Virus record (IMG/VR): IMGVR_UViG_2756170199_000003
Coordinates: 64,001-128,000 of that record
DNA: 64,000 bases
From: a virus
Lineage: Duplodnaviria > Caudoviricetes
Strand: one strand, 5' to 3'
Positions 56,023-64,000 of this stretch are shown in pieces; position 1 is the stretch's first letter; each line of letters starts with the position of its first letter. The translations under genes and the position numbers were made by a program. Below the pieces are notes generated by a model. It had not been told where the DNA came from, did no database searches, and saw nothing but the letters and a program-made list of their open reading frames with translations.

Positions 56023-58323
56023 ATGAACGATCTGAGTGAATCACATGCGATATCGGCAGCAGCAGATTTTGCGACCGGCGTATTGCGTGAAGAACCCAAC
56101 GAGCTCCACATGGAGCTGCTCAACATCCTGAGTCTGAATCCCTGGGACGGTAACGACAGTGCCGTGCGAAAGCAGATGTTTGCTTCTCACCTCGGCCAGA
56201 TGCTGACTTTCAAAGGTGCGACGGAGCGGTACTGCCAGACCGGCGCCGAACGCGAATTCGCGAAATACACGTTCTCAACGCGAGTTCCGGTTGACTGCCA
56301 GGTGATCCGGATCATCGATCGTTACCGGGTGACGCCCGGCGAAGATAGCGTGATCCGCAGTCGCCAGGACAATCCTCACACGCTGATCATCTACGAGGAC
56401 GTCAACACCAGTGAGATCGGCTGCATCAACATCCAGACCCATACCTCGTATCACAGTCACTTTGGATTCCGCAACGCAATCCGGCCCGTGCTCTCACATA
56501 TCCGGCCGGGCGACTATCTGGCAGCGGGCACGATCCTGACCGACTCGCCTTCGGTCACGGAAACCGGAGGATATAAATACGGGCGCGAATGCAATGTAGC
56601 GTTCATGACGATGCCACCGACGTCAGAGGACGGGCATCTGATCTGCTCGGATGTACTCAAAGAATTCACGTTCAACAGGTTCGAAAGTCGCGTAGTGGAA
56701 TTCGGCCACCGATATTTCCCGCTCAATACTTACGGCGATATCACCTGCTTCCAGGGCTTCCCCAACATCGGTGATTTCGTACGGCCCGACGGCCTGCTTA
56801 TGGCCTTGCGCTCTTACGACCGCGATCCGCAGAGCTACGATCGCGAGCTCGCCATCGTTGAACAGGGCGTTCATGACCTGATGGAGGTCGACCATGTCTT
56901 CGACCGGCTGATCTATGCGGGCGCGGGTGGCGGACGGGTCATCGACATCCGGGTGCATCACGACCGCCAGGCGAGTGTGTTCCCGACGCCTCGGGGCATG
57001 GAGCAGCAGGCGTCGCGCTATGACGACGCGCTTCACGAGTTCTACAGCGATATCGTCGGGGAATATAAACGCCTCGAGCGTGAGCGAGGCGCGGAATATC
57101 TGCGACTGACACCCGAGTTTCGCCGGCTGGTGCGCGAGGCGCTCGACGCCACGATGCAACCGAAAGAGCGCGTCTTCAAGCTCTATCGTAATGCGCCGAT
57201 TGACGACTGGCGAATCGAGTTCGTAATCGAGTACGAGGTCACGCCCACCATCGGATTCAAGATCACCGACACACATGGCGGCAAGGGCGTGATCTGCAAG
57301 ATCGCCCCTCCCGAAGCGATGCCCGTGGACCAGGACGGCAATCGCGCAGACATCGTGTTCGCACCGAATTCGATCGTCTCACGCGAGAATCCTGGCCGCG
57401 CCTACGAGCTCTTCATCAATGCGTATTCACGCGACGTCGTGAAGCAGATCTGCCAGTGGTTCGGACTGGAACCTCGCGAGCGGAACCCACTGCCCAGAAT
57501 CCGCGAGATCGAATCGACGAATCCCGCCCTCTTCCAGCAGGCACTGGACCATCTCGTCGGCTACTACGCCATCGTGGTACCGAACATGGCGAAATGGTTC
57601 GCACCCGATCCAACCCTTGCGGCCGACAAGCGGTACACGAGACCGATGGCCGAACATCTGGCCAGCATCATCGCGGCCGGCATGCTCACGCTGCATTACC
57701 CGCCCGATAATCCGCGACCAGCCGCAGACATCGTGAGACTTCTGCGGAAGAACTATCACTCGACCTATGGACCTGTCAGCTACATCGGGCACAACGGCGA
57801 GCGACGGGTAACGAAGGCGCCGGTGCGCATTGGAAGCATGAACATCATCCTGCTTGAGAAGACTGCGGACGACTGGACAGCCGTCTCCTCCGGCAAGACA
57901 CAACATTTCGGAGTCCTGTCACCGGTTACCAACGTCGACAAATACGCCCTGCCGTGGCGACCCCAATCGATCCGTGCGTTTGGCGAGGCGGAGATGCGAC
58001 TCGTCGCGGCGTATTGCGGTCAGCGAGCGGTCGCCGAGATAGTCGATCGCAACAACAGCCGCGAGACGCACCGGGAAATTCTCGATGCGATCCTGCGTGC
58101 GGAGAAGCCTTCCGATATCGAGTGCGCGGTTGACCGCTCGCGCGTGCCCTACGGCAACAACCGGCCGTTACAGCTGGTGAAGCATCTGCTTGCATGCATG
58201 GGCATGGAGTTCGAGTACACGCCCTACGAGCCCGACTGGTCGAGCCCCGGATCGCAGCAACCCGATCCCGGCGGGCAGAAAGTCGGCCCTCCCCCAACTG
58301 CCGAACTGGAGGTTGCACCATGA
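56023..58323 (+). CDS. Non-virion RNA polymerase beta C-terminal subunit (phiKZ gp71/73-like, uninterrupted)
   Basis: RKQMFASH..Q, SEDG, GFKITDTHGGKGVI, ADIV..PNS..SRENPG, RAFGEAEMR. Confidence 0.92.
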   Translation: MNDLSESHAISAAADFATGVLREEPNELHMELLNILSLNPWDGNDSAVRKQMFASHLGQMLTFKGATERYCQTGAEREFAKYTFSTRVPVDCQVIRIIDRYRVTPGEDSVIRSRQDNPHTLIIYEDVNTSEIGCINIQTHTSYHSHFGFRNAIRPVLSHIRPGDYLAAGTILTDSPSVTETGGYKYGRECNVAFMTMPPTSEDGHLICSDVLKEFTFNRFESRVVEFGHRYFPLNTYGDITCFQGFPNIGDFVRPDGLLMALRSYDRDPQSYDRELAIVEQGVHDLMEVDHVFDRLIYAGAGGGRVIDIRVHHDRQASVFPTPRGMEQQASRYDDALHEFYSDIVGEYKRLERERGAEYLRLTPEFRRLVREALDATMQPKERVFKLYRNAPIDDWRIEFVIEYEVTPTIGFKITDTHGGKGVICKIAPPEAMPVDQDGNRADIVFAPNSIVSRENPGRAYELFINAYSRDVVKQICQWFGLEPRERNPLPRIREIESTNPALFQQALDHLVGYYAIVVPNMAKWFAPDPTLAADKRYTRPMAEHLASIIAAGMLTLHYPPDNPRPAADIVRLLRKNYHSTYGPVSYIGHNGERRVTKAPVRIGSMNIILLEKTADDWTAVSSGKTQHFGVLSPVTNVDKYALPWRPQSIRAFGEAEMRLVAAYCGQRAVAEIVDRNNSRETHREILDAILRAEKPSDIECAVDRSRVPYGNNRPLQLVKHLLACMGMEFEYTPYEPDWSSPGSQQPDPGGQKVGPPPTAELEVAP

Positions 58324-60317
58324 GACGCTTCGCTGCCAGGACGCTGCTGGGCCACAGCACTGAGGCGCTGTGGGGCATGCTTTACGGGCCCTTCCGGCTG
58401 GTCTTTGACGACGGTGAGCTTGAGGTGGATCACCGCTCGACGCTGTACAGCAGCTATGGCTGGGATCTCCTCAGGGAATATCCCGCGGCACCCATGCTCA
58501 TGCGGCATCACGTGACGCATGTCCTGAATGGTCGACGCCTGAACACCGACACACACCTGAAGCTGCTGGCCAACGTCGACTGGGACGTGCTCGACGCTTA
58601 CGGAGAGCACGGTCAGCGCGATCCCTCCGTGACGATCGACCGGATCGGCCGCCGGACCTGTGAGATCGTCAACGCGATGTACAACGATCTGTCCGTACGC
58701 CTGGAGGAGTACGTCGTCTCGTTCGATATCACGGACTTTGTTGATGTGGTCGATCATCCACCGATCGTCAAGGCAAAGAGGGCTATCTACGCGGTGCCGC
58801 TCGACAAGGTCACAGACCGCATGCTCGACGAAGCGTATGCGGATGTGGGCAGGATCATCCGCGAAGATCCTGCGCTCGATCGCAATCCCATTGTGATCGG
58901 GGCGCGCTCGAACACGGTGCGCTTCGAGCAGTTGCTCGAGTGCGTGGCGTTTCGCGGCAAGATCACGGACATCGATTCGAACCAGTTCGAGTTGCCGATC
59001 CTGCCGAGCTACACCGAAGGCATCCGCGGTTTTCGTGATTCGCTCATCGAATCGCGCTCGGCGGCCAAGGCACTCTTCTTTGCGTCCGCGCCGCTGCAGG
59101 ATGCCGAGTACTTCTCCAGACGCCAACAGCTCATGGCGATGAATATCCAGCGTCTTCATCATGGTGACTGCGGCACTACGGAGTTCACGCACTGGATGGT
59201 GCGCAAGGAGGACCTGCGGCTGCTCGCCGGGATGAACCGGCTCGATGAAGAGTCAGGCGAACTGCTGTGCATCAGCAAGCAGGACACGCATCTGGTCGGC
59301 AAAACGATCCGGTTGCGTACCGTACTGCATTGTGCGCATCCCGATCCGGCGGGAGTGTGTTCAACCTGTGTGGGTGAGCTTGCCCGATCGGTTCCCGATG
59401 GTACGAATATCGGGCACCAGTTCTGCATGGTGCTGTTTGGCCAGTCCACGCAGCTGGTGATCTCCATCAAGCACCTGGACAAGTCCGCATCTATCGAACC
59501 TGCCGTGCTCCTTGAAGCCGACAGGCTGTTCCTCAAACTTGGATCCGACGCCAATTCGTATCTGCTCGCCGATCGTCTGAAGGGAAAGAACATCAGACTC
59601 ATCATTCCAGCGGAGGCCATACCGAACATCAACGACATTTTCGAAATCGACGATGTCGAGAACCTGAACATCGCACGCTTCTCCAGCATCGGGCGCATCA
59701 GCATCCTCGTGGGTACCTCGGACGAGGCGACCGGGCCTGACATTCCGACCCGTGCCGGTCAGCGCATCGCGTCCATGACCCATGAACTGATGCGGCACAT
59801 CAGGAAGGTGGGCTGGACGAATGACGGGAAAGGCAATCACGTCATCGACATGCATGGCTGGAATGCGTCGCATCCCATTCTTGCCTTGCCCTTCAAGCAC
59901 TTCAACATGTCCGATCATTCGAAAGACATTGCGAAACTGCTTGAGTCAAGCGTTGGCATGATGCAGGCACGGGACAAGGATACGCGGCCGGACGACGCGC
60001 TCGTCGAACTCTTCGACCTCGTCAACAGCAAGCTCGATGTGAGCCTGGCCATCCTTGCCATTGTGCTCAAGCAGGCCATGATTGTCTCGGCGGAGAACCG
60101 CGACTACAGCTTGCCCAAGCCAGGGATGACCGCCGGGCTGGGTGTGATGTCGCAGTCGATGAAACACCGCTCTCTTTCTGCTGCGATGGCGTTTGAACAC
60201 CACCGCGAAGTGCTGACGGACCCGGTCAGCTTCCTGCACAAGCGGCGTATGGATCACCCGTTCGACGTGTTCCTCATGCCACGCGAAATCCTCCAGCCCG
60301 AGACGTTGTCCACCTGA
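58320..60317 (+). CDS. Non-virion RNA polymerase beta' C-terminal subunit (phiKZ gp74-like)
   Basis: ESRSAAKAL, EYFSRR, HGDCGT, Zn cysteines C...GVCSTCVG, QLVISIKH, RSLSAAMAFE, HPFD. Confidence 0.9.
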   Translation: MRRFAARTLLGHSTEALWGMLYGPFRLVFDDGELEVDHRSTLYSSYGWDLLREYPAAPMLMRHHVTHVLNGRRLNTDTHLKLLANVDWDVLDAYGEHGQRDPSVTIDRIGRRTCEIVNAMYNDLSVRLEEYVVSFDITDFVDVVDHPPIVKAKRAIYAVPLDKVTDRMLDEAYADVGRIIREDPALDRNPIVIGARSNTVRFEQLLECVAFRGKITDIDSNQFELPILPSYTEGIRGFRDSLIESRSAAKALFFASAPLQDAEYFSRRQQLMAMNIQRLHHGDCGTTEFTHWMVRKEDLRLLAGMNRLDEESGELLCISKQDTHLVGKTIRLRTVLHCAHPDPAGVCSTCVGELARSVPDGTNIGHQFCMVLFGQSTQLVISIKHLDKSASIEPAVLLEADRLFLKLGSDANSYLLADRLKGKNIRLIIPAEAIPNINDIFEIDDVENLNIARFSSIGRISILVGTSDEATGPDIPTRAGQRIASMTHELMRHIRKVGWTNDGKGNHVIDMHGWNASHPILALPFKHFNMSDHSKDIAKLLESSVGMMQARDKDTRPDDALVELFDLVNSKLDVSLAILAIVLKQAMIVSAENRDYSLPKPGMTAGLGVMSQSMKHRSLSAAMAFEHHREVLTDPVSFLHKRRMDHPFDVFLMPREILQPETLST

Positions 60318-60410
60318 GCGCCAGTGGCAAGGAGCGGCAACCAGAAAATACCTCCCCAGGGCATCTGTTGGCAGACAGATGCCCTCCTTTTCTTCATCGA
60401 GATTTTTGTC

Positions 60411-61958
60411 ATGGCGGAGTTACGCATATCGACACGATCGCATCATTTCGTGGTCGACCAGATGTCGCCCCAGGGCAGGCAGGCCACGGAGAGATTCGCA
60501 AGGCAGTTCATCCACTATGGTCGCCGGCAACGCGCCCAACGCTATAACAGGTACAGCGCCCGCAACGCCCGCTCCGTCAGCGAGTACTCTGCGTGGCGCG
60601 AGGACCGCCGCGAGTGTCGCTTCCATATCAACGTGCTCGAGCGCTTCGAGCAACACCTCAAGGACTACGGACTCGATCATGAATCTCTGGTGGAGCGGGT
60701 CGCAGAAGTTCCACCTCCTGCATGCAGGATCGCGCTCCTGATTCGCGAAGGCTGGTCGCTGCGTGACTACCAGGAGCCGGCTGTCAATTACGTCACTGCG
60801 GATGCGGGCTCACGATCACGGTTTCTGGGTCTGCAGACTGGCAAGGGCAAGGGGATCACTGCGCTTTTCGCAATCAGGGATCTCGCAGTGAGGACGCTCG
60901 CCTTCCTGCAACCGAAGTACATCGAAAAATGGGTGATGGACATCCGCGAGATCTGTCAGGTCGAACTCGAAGACGTGATGGTCGTGCGCGGCGTTCAGCA
61001 TCTCAAGGCACTCCTCACGATGGCCGGTTCTGGCAGTCTGCACAGCCCGATCGTGATCATCAGCAGCAAGACCATGCAGCGCTGGATCAACGTCTACGAG
61101 CAATATGGCGAGGAGACGCTCAAGATGGGCTACGCCTGCCTGCCTGATCAACTGATGGGTTGGCTTGGGGTGGGCTTGCGGCTGATCGATGAAGTGCACC
61201 AGCATTTTGCGATGCAGTTCCGTCTGGATCTCTATACGCACTGCGAACGTTCGTTGTCGCTTTCTGCAACGCTGCTGCACACCGACGGCTTCCTGAACCG
61301 CATGTACGAAGTCGCGTATCCGGACGCGACGCGTTACAACGGGCCGGCCTATGACCGGTATGTTCGCGCCACTGCCCTCTTCTACCGGTTCAGGCACCCA
61401 CGACATATCCGCTTTCTCGATCCCCTGAGCCACAGCTATTCGCATTATCGCTTCGAAATGAGCGTAATGAAGGATCCGGCCGTGCTGGACAGCTATCTGG
61501 ATCTGATCGACAGCATTGTGAAGTCGAAGTATGAGCTCACTTATCGGCCCGGAGAAAAGCTCGTGATCTTCTTCGGCTCTGTAGCGATGTGTACGCGCGC
61601 GACAGCGTTCTTTCGCGCGCGCTATCCGGGCCGGGATGTACGGCGTTATGTTGAGGAGGATCCGTTCGCGAATGCGATGGAGCCCGACATGGTCATTACG
61701 ACCTTACAGTCGTACGGCGCCGCATTTCATCCGAAGGAGCTATCCACCGTCATTCTGACGGTCGCTGTGAACAGCCTCCAGGCCAATCTGCAGGTCCTCG
61801 GACGGCTGCTTCCACTTTCGGCTGGGAAGACTCCGGAATTCATCTATCTGGTCTGCATGGATATCGCACAGCACCGGATCTATCACGAGAGCAAGGTCGA
61901 GCTCTTCCGGCAGCGCGCATTGCACTGCGAAACGCAGTACGTGCATGCGCCGATATGA
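60411..61958 (+). CDS. SF2 DExH helicase (phiKZ gp75-like)
   Basis: LRDYQ, LQTGKGKG, IDEVH, LSATL, QVLGRL. Confidence 0.9.
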   Translation: MAELRISTRSHHFVVDQMSPQGRQATERFARQFIHYGRRQRAQRYNRYSARNARSVSEYSAWREDRRECRFHINVLERFEQHLKDYGLDHESLVERVAEVPPPACRIALLIREGWSLRDYQEPAVNYVTADAGSRSRFLGLQTGKGKGITALFAIRDLAVRTLAFLQPKYIEKWVMDIREICQVELEDVMVVRGVQHLKALLTMAGSGSLHSPIVIISSKTMQRWINVYEQYGEETLKMGYACLPDQLMGWLGVGLRLIDEVHQHFAMQFRLDLYTHCERSLSLSATLLHTDGFLNRMYEVAYPDATRYNGPAYDRYVRATALFYRFRHPRHIRFLDPLSHSYSHYRFEMSVMKDPAVLDSYLDLIDSIVKSKYELTYRPGEKLVIFFGSVAMCTRATAFFRARYPGRDVRRYVEEDPFANAMEPDMVITTLQSYGAAFHPKELSTVILTVAVNSLQANLQVLGRLLPLSAGKTPEFIYLVCMDIAQHRIYHESKVELFRQRALHCETQYVHAPI

Positions 61959-62100
61959 ACGGCATGCCCCCGTATGTGTGAAGGCATCCGTTTTAATTAG
62001 TAATCCGAACTTAATTGAAACTGGATGTGAACACATATCACGACACCGGAGCACGCCGTGGGGCCGTGCCTTCACTTATTTACCCAGGAGGGAGATGATC

Positions 62101-62661
62101 ATGCTTACGCTCGTACGCGATGCTGTGCTGGAGCGTCCGGCTGAAAAGCCGGAGTTCGGCAAAAGTGTAGCCGTGCTGGAGCAGTTTGGCTTTTACGACT
62201 ACGCAACGATCGGGGTAGCAGACGCCCGTCTGCACTTCACCGTCGGAATGACCGAGGTGAACCTGCCGGAATTTTTCGTAACCGGGAACGTGTCAGATGG
62301 ATATGCCGGGGATCTGTTTGCGGCCGTCAGCAAGGAATTCCTGACGACGAAGGGACGTACCGCGCTTGGGATCCGCGGTGACCTGATGCCCTTCCCTGTC
62401 GAGTTGCGCCTGATTGCAACGCCTCTGGAGCGGCGGCTGCCGGCCGAAGGGGGCAGCTATGCGGATATGATGAGGTGGCTCGATTGGCACTGGCCAGGGC
62501 GGGTCTGCATGGTGCAGATCATCTGGCCCGACGACAGCGGCCGGTTGCCAGACGAAACAGGGTTTGATGCCACCTGCTGTCGCCAGACCGTTCATCCACG
62601 ACTGCCGTTTATCGGTGGCACGGTCTCCGATGCGTGCGCACTCCAGGGAGGCAATGCATGA
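62101..62661 (+). CDS. DUF4262-like protein
   Basis: HFTVGMTEVNLPEFFVTG and VQIIWPDDSGRLP motifs. Confidence 0.7.
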   Translation: MLTLVRDAVLERPAEKPEFGKSVAVLEQFGFYDYATIGVADARLHFTVGMTEVNLPEFFVTGNVSDGYAGDLFAAVSKEFLTTKGRTALGIRGDLMPFPVELRLIATPLERRLPAEGGSYADMMRWLDWHWPGRVCMVQIIWPDDSGRLPDETGFDATCCRQTVHPRLPFIGGTVSDACALQGGNA

Positions 62662-63260
62662 GTGCACTCGATACGCTGTACCGCAATCGCGACCGGAATC
62701 AGGTGGAGTTTGACCGCTTCGAAGGCCAACTGTTGGAGCTTATCAGGAGGTCCCGTGAGAGCGGCCCATTGCCCGCGGCCATTCGTGAGTTGCGCGATGT
62801 TGCCTCATTGAAAGCTGGCGATGACGAGGCCCGTTGCGTCGCGGTACATCAATGCCAGAGGCTGCTGTGGTGGCTTGCCAAACCAGCCTGGCAAGTCGAC
62901 GAGGCGTGTGGACTGGTCTACGGGGTCGATCCCGCTGCGGAGAGAGATGGTGCCGCACAGGCTGGCTGTTATGCACTTGACGGACGGCTGCTGACCGCCG
63001 ATTCGTCAGAGGCGTATCACGCGTGGCTTCTGCTCGAGTCGCTCTATCTCCACATGGAAAACCGGATCGAGCAAGCCATCACCGTTTCCGATCTTTCCTG
63101 CGAAATCAGTCCGGCTGATTTCATCAACTGGTGCCACGATGAGGGCGTCGACACAAGCTACCTCCGGTTGATCCGCACACTTGTTGGTCTTGGCGAAAAC
63201 CGGCTTGTGGGACGGCTACCACTTGCTGACGTGCAGATCTTCGTCTCAGGCAGGCAATGA
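62658..63260 (+). CDS. Hypothetical protein
   Basis: GGAGG RBS and ATGA overlap; W..KPAW...EACGL..GVDP and PADFINWC motifs typical of mobile-element proteins. Confidence 0.6.
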   Translation: MSALDTLYRNRDRNQVEFDRFEGQLLELIRRSRESGPLPAAIRELRDVASLKAGDDEARCVAVHQCQRLLWWLAKPAWQVDEACGLVYGVDPAAERDGAAQAGCYALDGRLLTADSSEAYHAWLLLESLYLHMENRIEQAITVSDLSCEISPADFINWCHDEGVDTSYLRLIRTLVGLGENRLVGRLPLADVQIFVSGRQ

Positions 63261-64000
63261 CGAAGCCTGCCGCAGGGTCGGCCCTTGCACGCGATGGGAC
63301 TGGGGCACTCCCGGTCCCATCTCTTCCTTCTCATTTTTTTTGTCTTTCCGGCCAGGCTTGACCAGATCCAGGATCCCCTCGACGTAGGCACGGGTAGTCG
63401 CCGTCACGGGCCTTTTGGCTTCGGTTTTCGTGATCGGGGCGACCGAAGCCGCGGGCGTAACTTCACGCAGGCGGCCAGAGGCCAGCGCTGCGGCAAACCC
63501 CACCTGCCAGTTCGGCACCTGACGCGCAACTGCTTCCTCGGCGTTGTAGACGGACAGGCATTCGCCCGACGTATCCACGGTGTGAGTATTCCCGTCCGTA
63601 TCCTCGAACGATTTCCCGGCGTTCTGCCTTGCGATAGCGCGTGCCTGTACGACGCGTTGCTTGCGTGCCTGGTCTTCGGCGCGAGTTTCGTTGCGCTGGC
63701 GCAGCTGATGCGAGAAATCGACCGGGTTGTTCAGCAGGGAGCCGAGATAGCAGATCGGACGCTTGGCGAGCTTCAGGTGTTGCCACGTGACTTCGACGAC
63801 ATCGGAGAGACGCTTACCGGCCTCACGTGCCTGACGCATGAGTTTAAAGATCAGGAAATCAGAAAAACCCAGGGTGCGAAGGCGCTGAAGATCCGACGGC
63901 ACCTCGCCCGGTTGTCTCTTTTGAAAAGAAGCAGGGGAAAGATCCTTATATATACCACCGTGTGCCACCGTGGCAGACGGTGTATTTGCTTCTTCTGGGG
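63246..64000 (-). CDS. Plasmid replication protein ('replication protein O'-like of Burkholderiales plasmids), 5' part outside window
   Basis: Frame open to the window edge; SATVAHGGIYKDL.PASFQKRQPG..P.DLQRL..LGF..FLIFKLMR.AR..GKRLSDVVE...P..YL..LL..PVDF is recognised from memory as this family. Confidence 0.65.
   Translation of the reverse strand, partial: PEEANTPSATVAHGGIYKDLSPASFQKRQPGEVPSDLQRLRTLGFSDFLIFKLMRQAREAGKRLSDVVEVTWQHLKLAKRPICYLGSLLNNPVDFSHQLRQRNETRAEDQARKQRVVQARAIARQNAGKSFEDTDGNTHTVDTSGECLSVYNAEEAVARQVPNWQVGFAAALASGRLREVTPAASVAPITKTEAKRPVTATTRAYVEGILDLVKPGRKDKKNEKEEMGPGVPQSHRVQGPTLRQASSLPA
63293..63342 (+). terminator. Intrinsic terminator (+ strand)
   Basis: GATGGGAC...GTCCCATC stem followed by a pyrimidine/T tract. 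Confidence 0.55.

Larger units (their letters stand above)
1..61958. mobile_element. phiKZ-like (Chimalliviridae-type) nucleus-forming jumbo phage genome segment, probably resident as a prophage or phage-plasmid
   Basis: More than 30 phiKZ-core homologues in conserved blocks plus bacterial and plasmid cargo. Confidence 0.85.

Noticed and set aside
42718-60317. RNAP-like genes as fragmented host rpoB/rpoC pseudogenes
   Set aside because: Sizes, divergence and neighbours match the naturally split phiKZ-type non-virion RNAP; there is no ribosomal-protein context.
1-64000. CRISPR array, rRNA or IS/transposase
   Set aside because: No regularly spaced repeat-spacer array, rRNA-like sequence or transposase motifs were seen.

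Overview
Almost the whole window is a contiguous, apparently intact piece of a phiKZ-like, nucleus-forming jumbo phage genome (Chimalliviridae type). It carries the C-terminus of a virion RNA polymerase beta subunit, prohead protease, tail tube and sheath, baseplate-region genes and terminase. It also carries a split family-B DNA polymerase and the phage-nucleus block: chimallin ChmA, non-virion RNAP subunits, an SbcD-like nuclease, ChmC, PicA/Imp1 and an SF2 helicase. The DNA is GC-rich (about 60% by eye) with Burkholderiales-like codon usage. It is interspersed with bacterial or plasmid cargo: an OmpA-family protein, two tRNAs, an XRE regulator, an orphan T6SS VgrG/VRR-NUC toxin/DUF3396 immunity cassette and a SET-domain methyltransferase. 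It ends in the 3' part of a gene resembling a Burkholderiales plasmid replication protein. The most interesting reading is a temperate or plasmid-borne nucleus-forming jumbo phage. A repeated TATATCAC motif upstream of early and nucleus genes looks like the element's own early promoter. All family assignments come from motif recognition and remembered phiKZ synteny, not database searches; phiKZ gp numbers are from memory and need verification.
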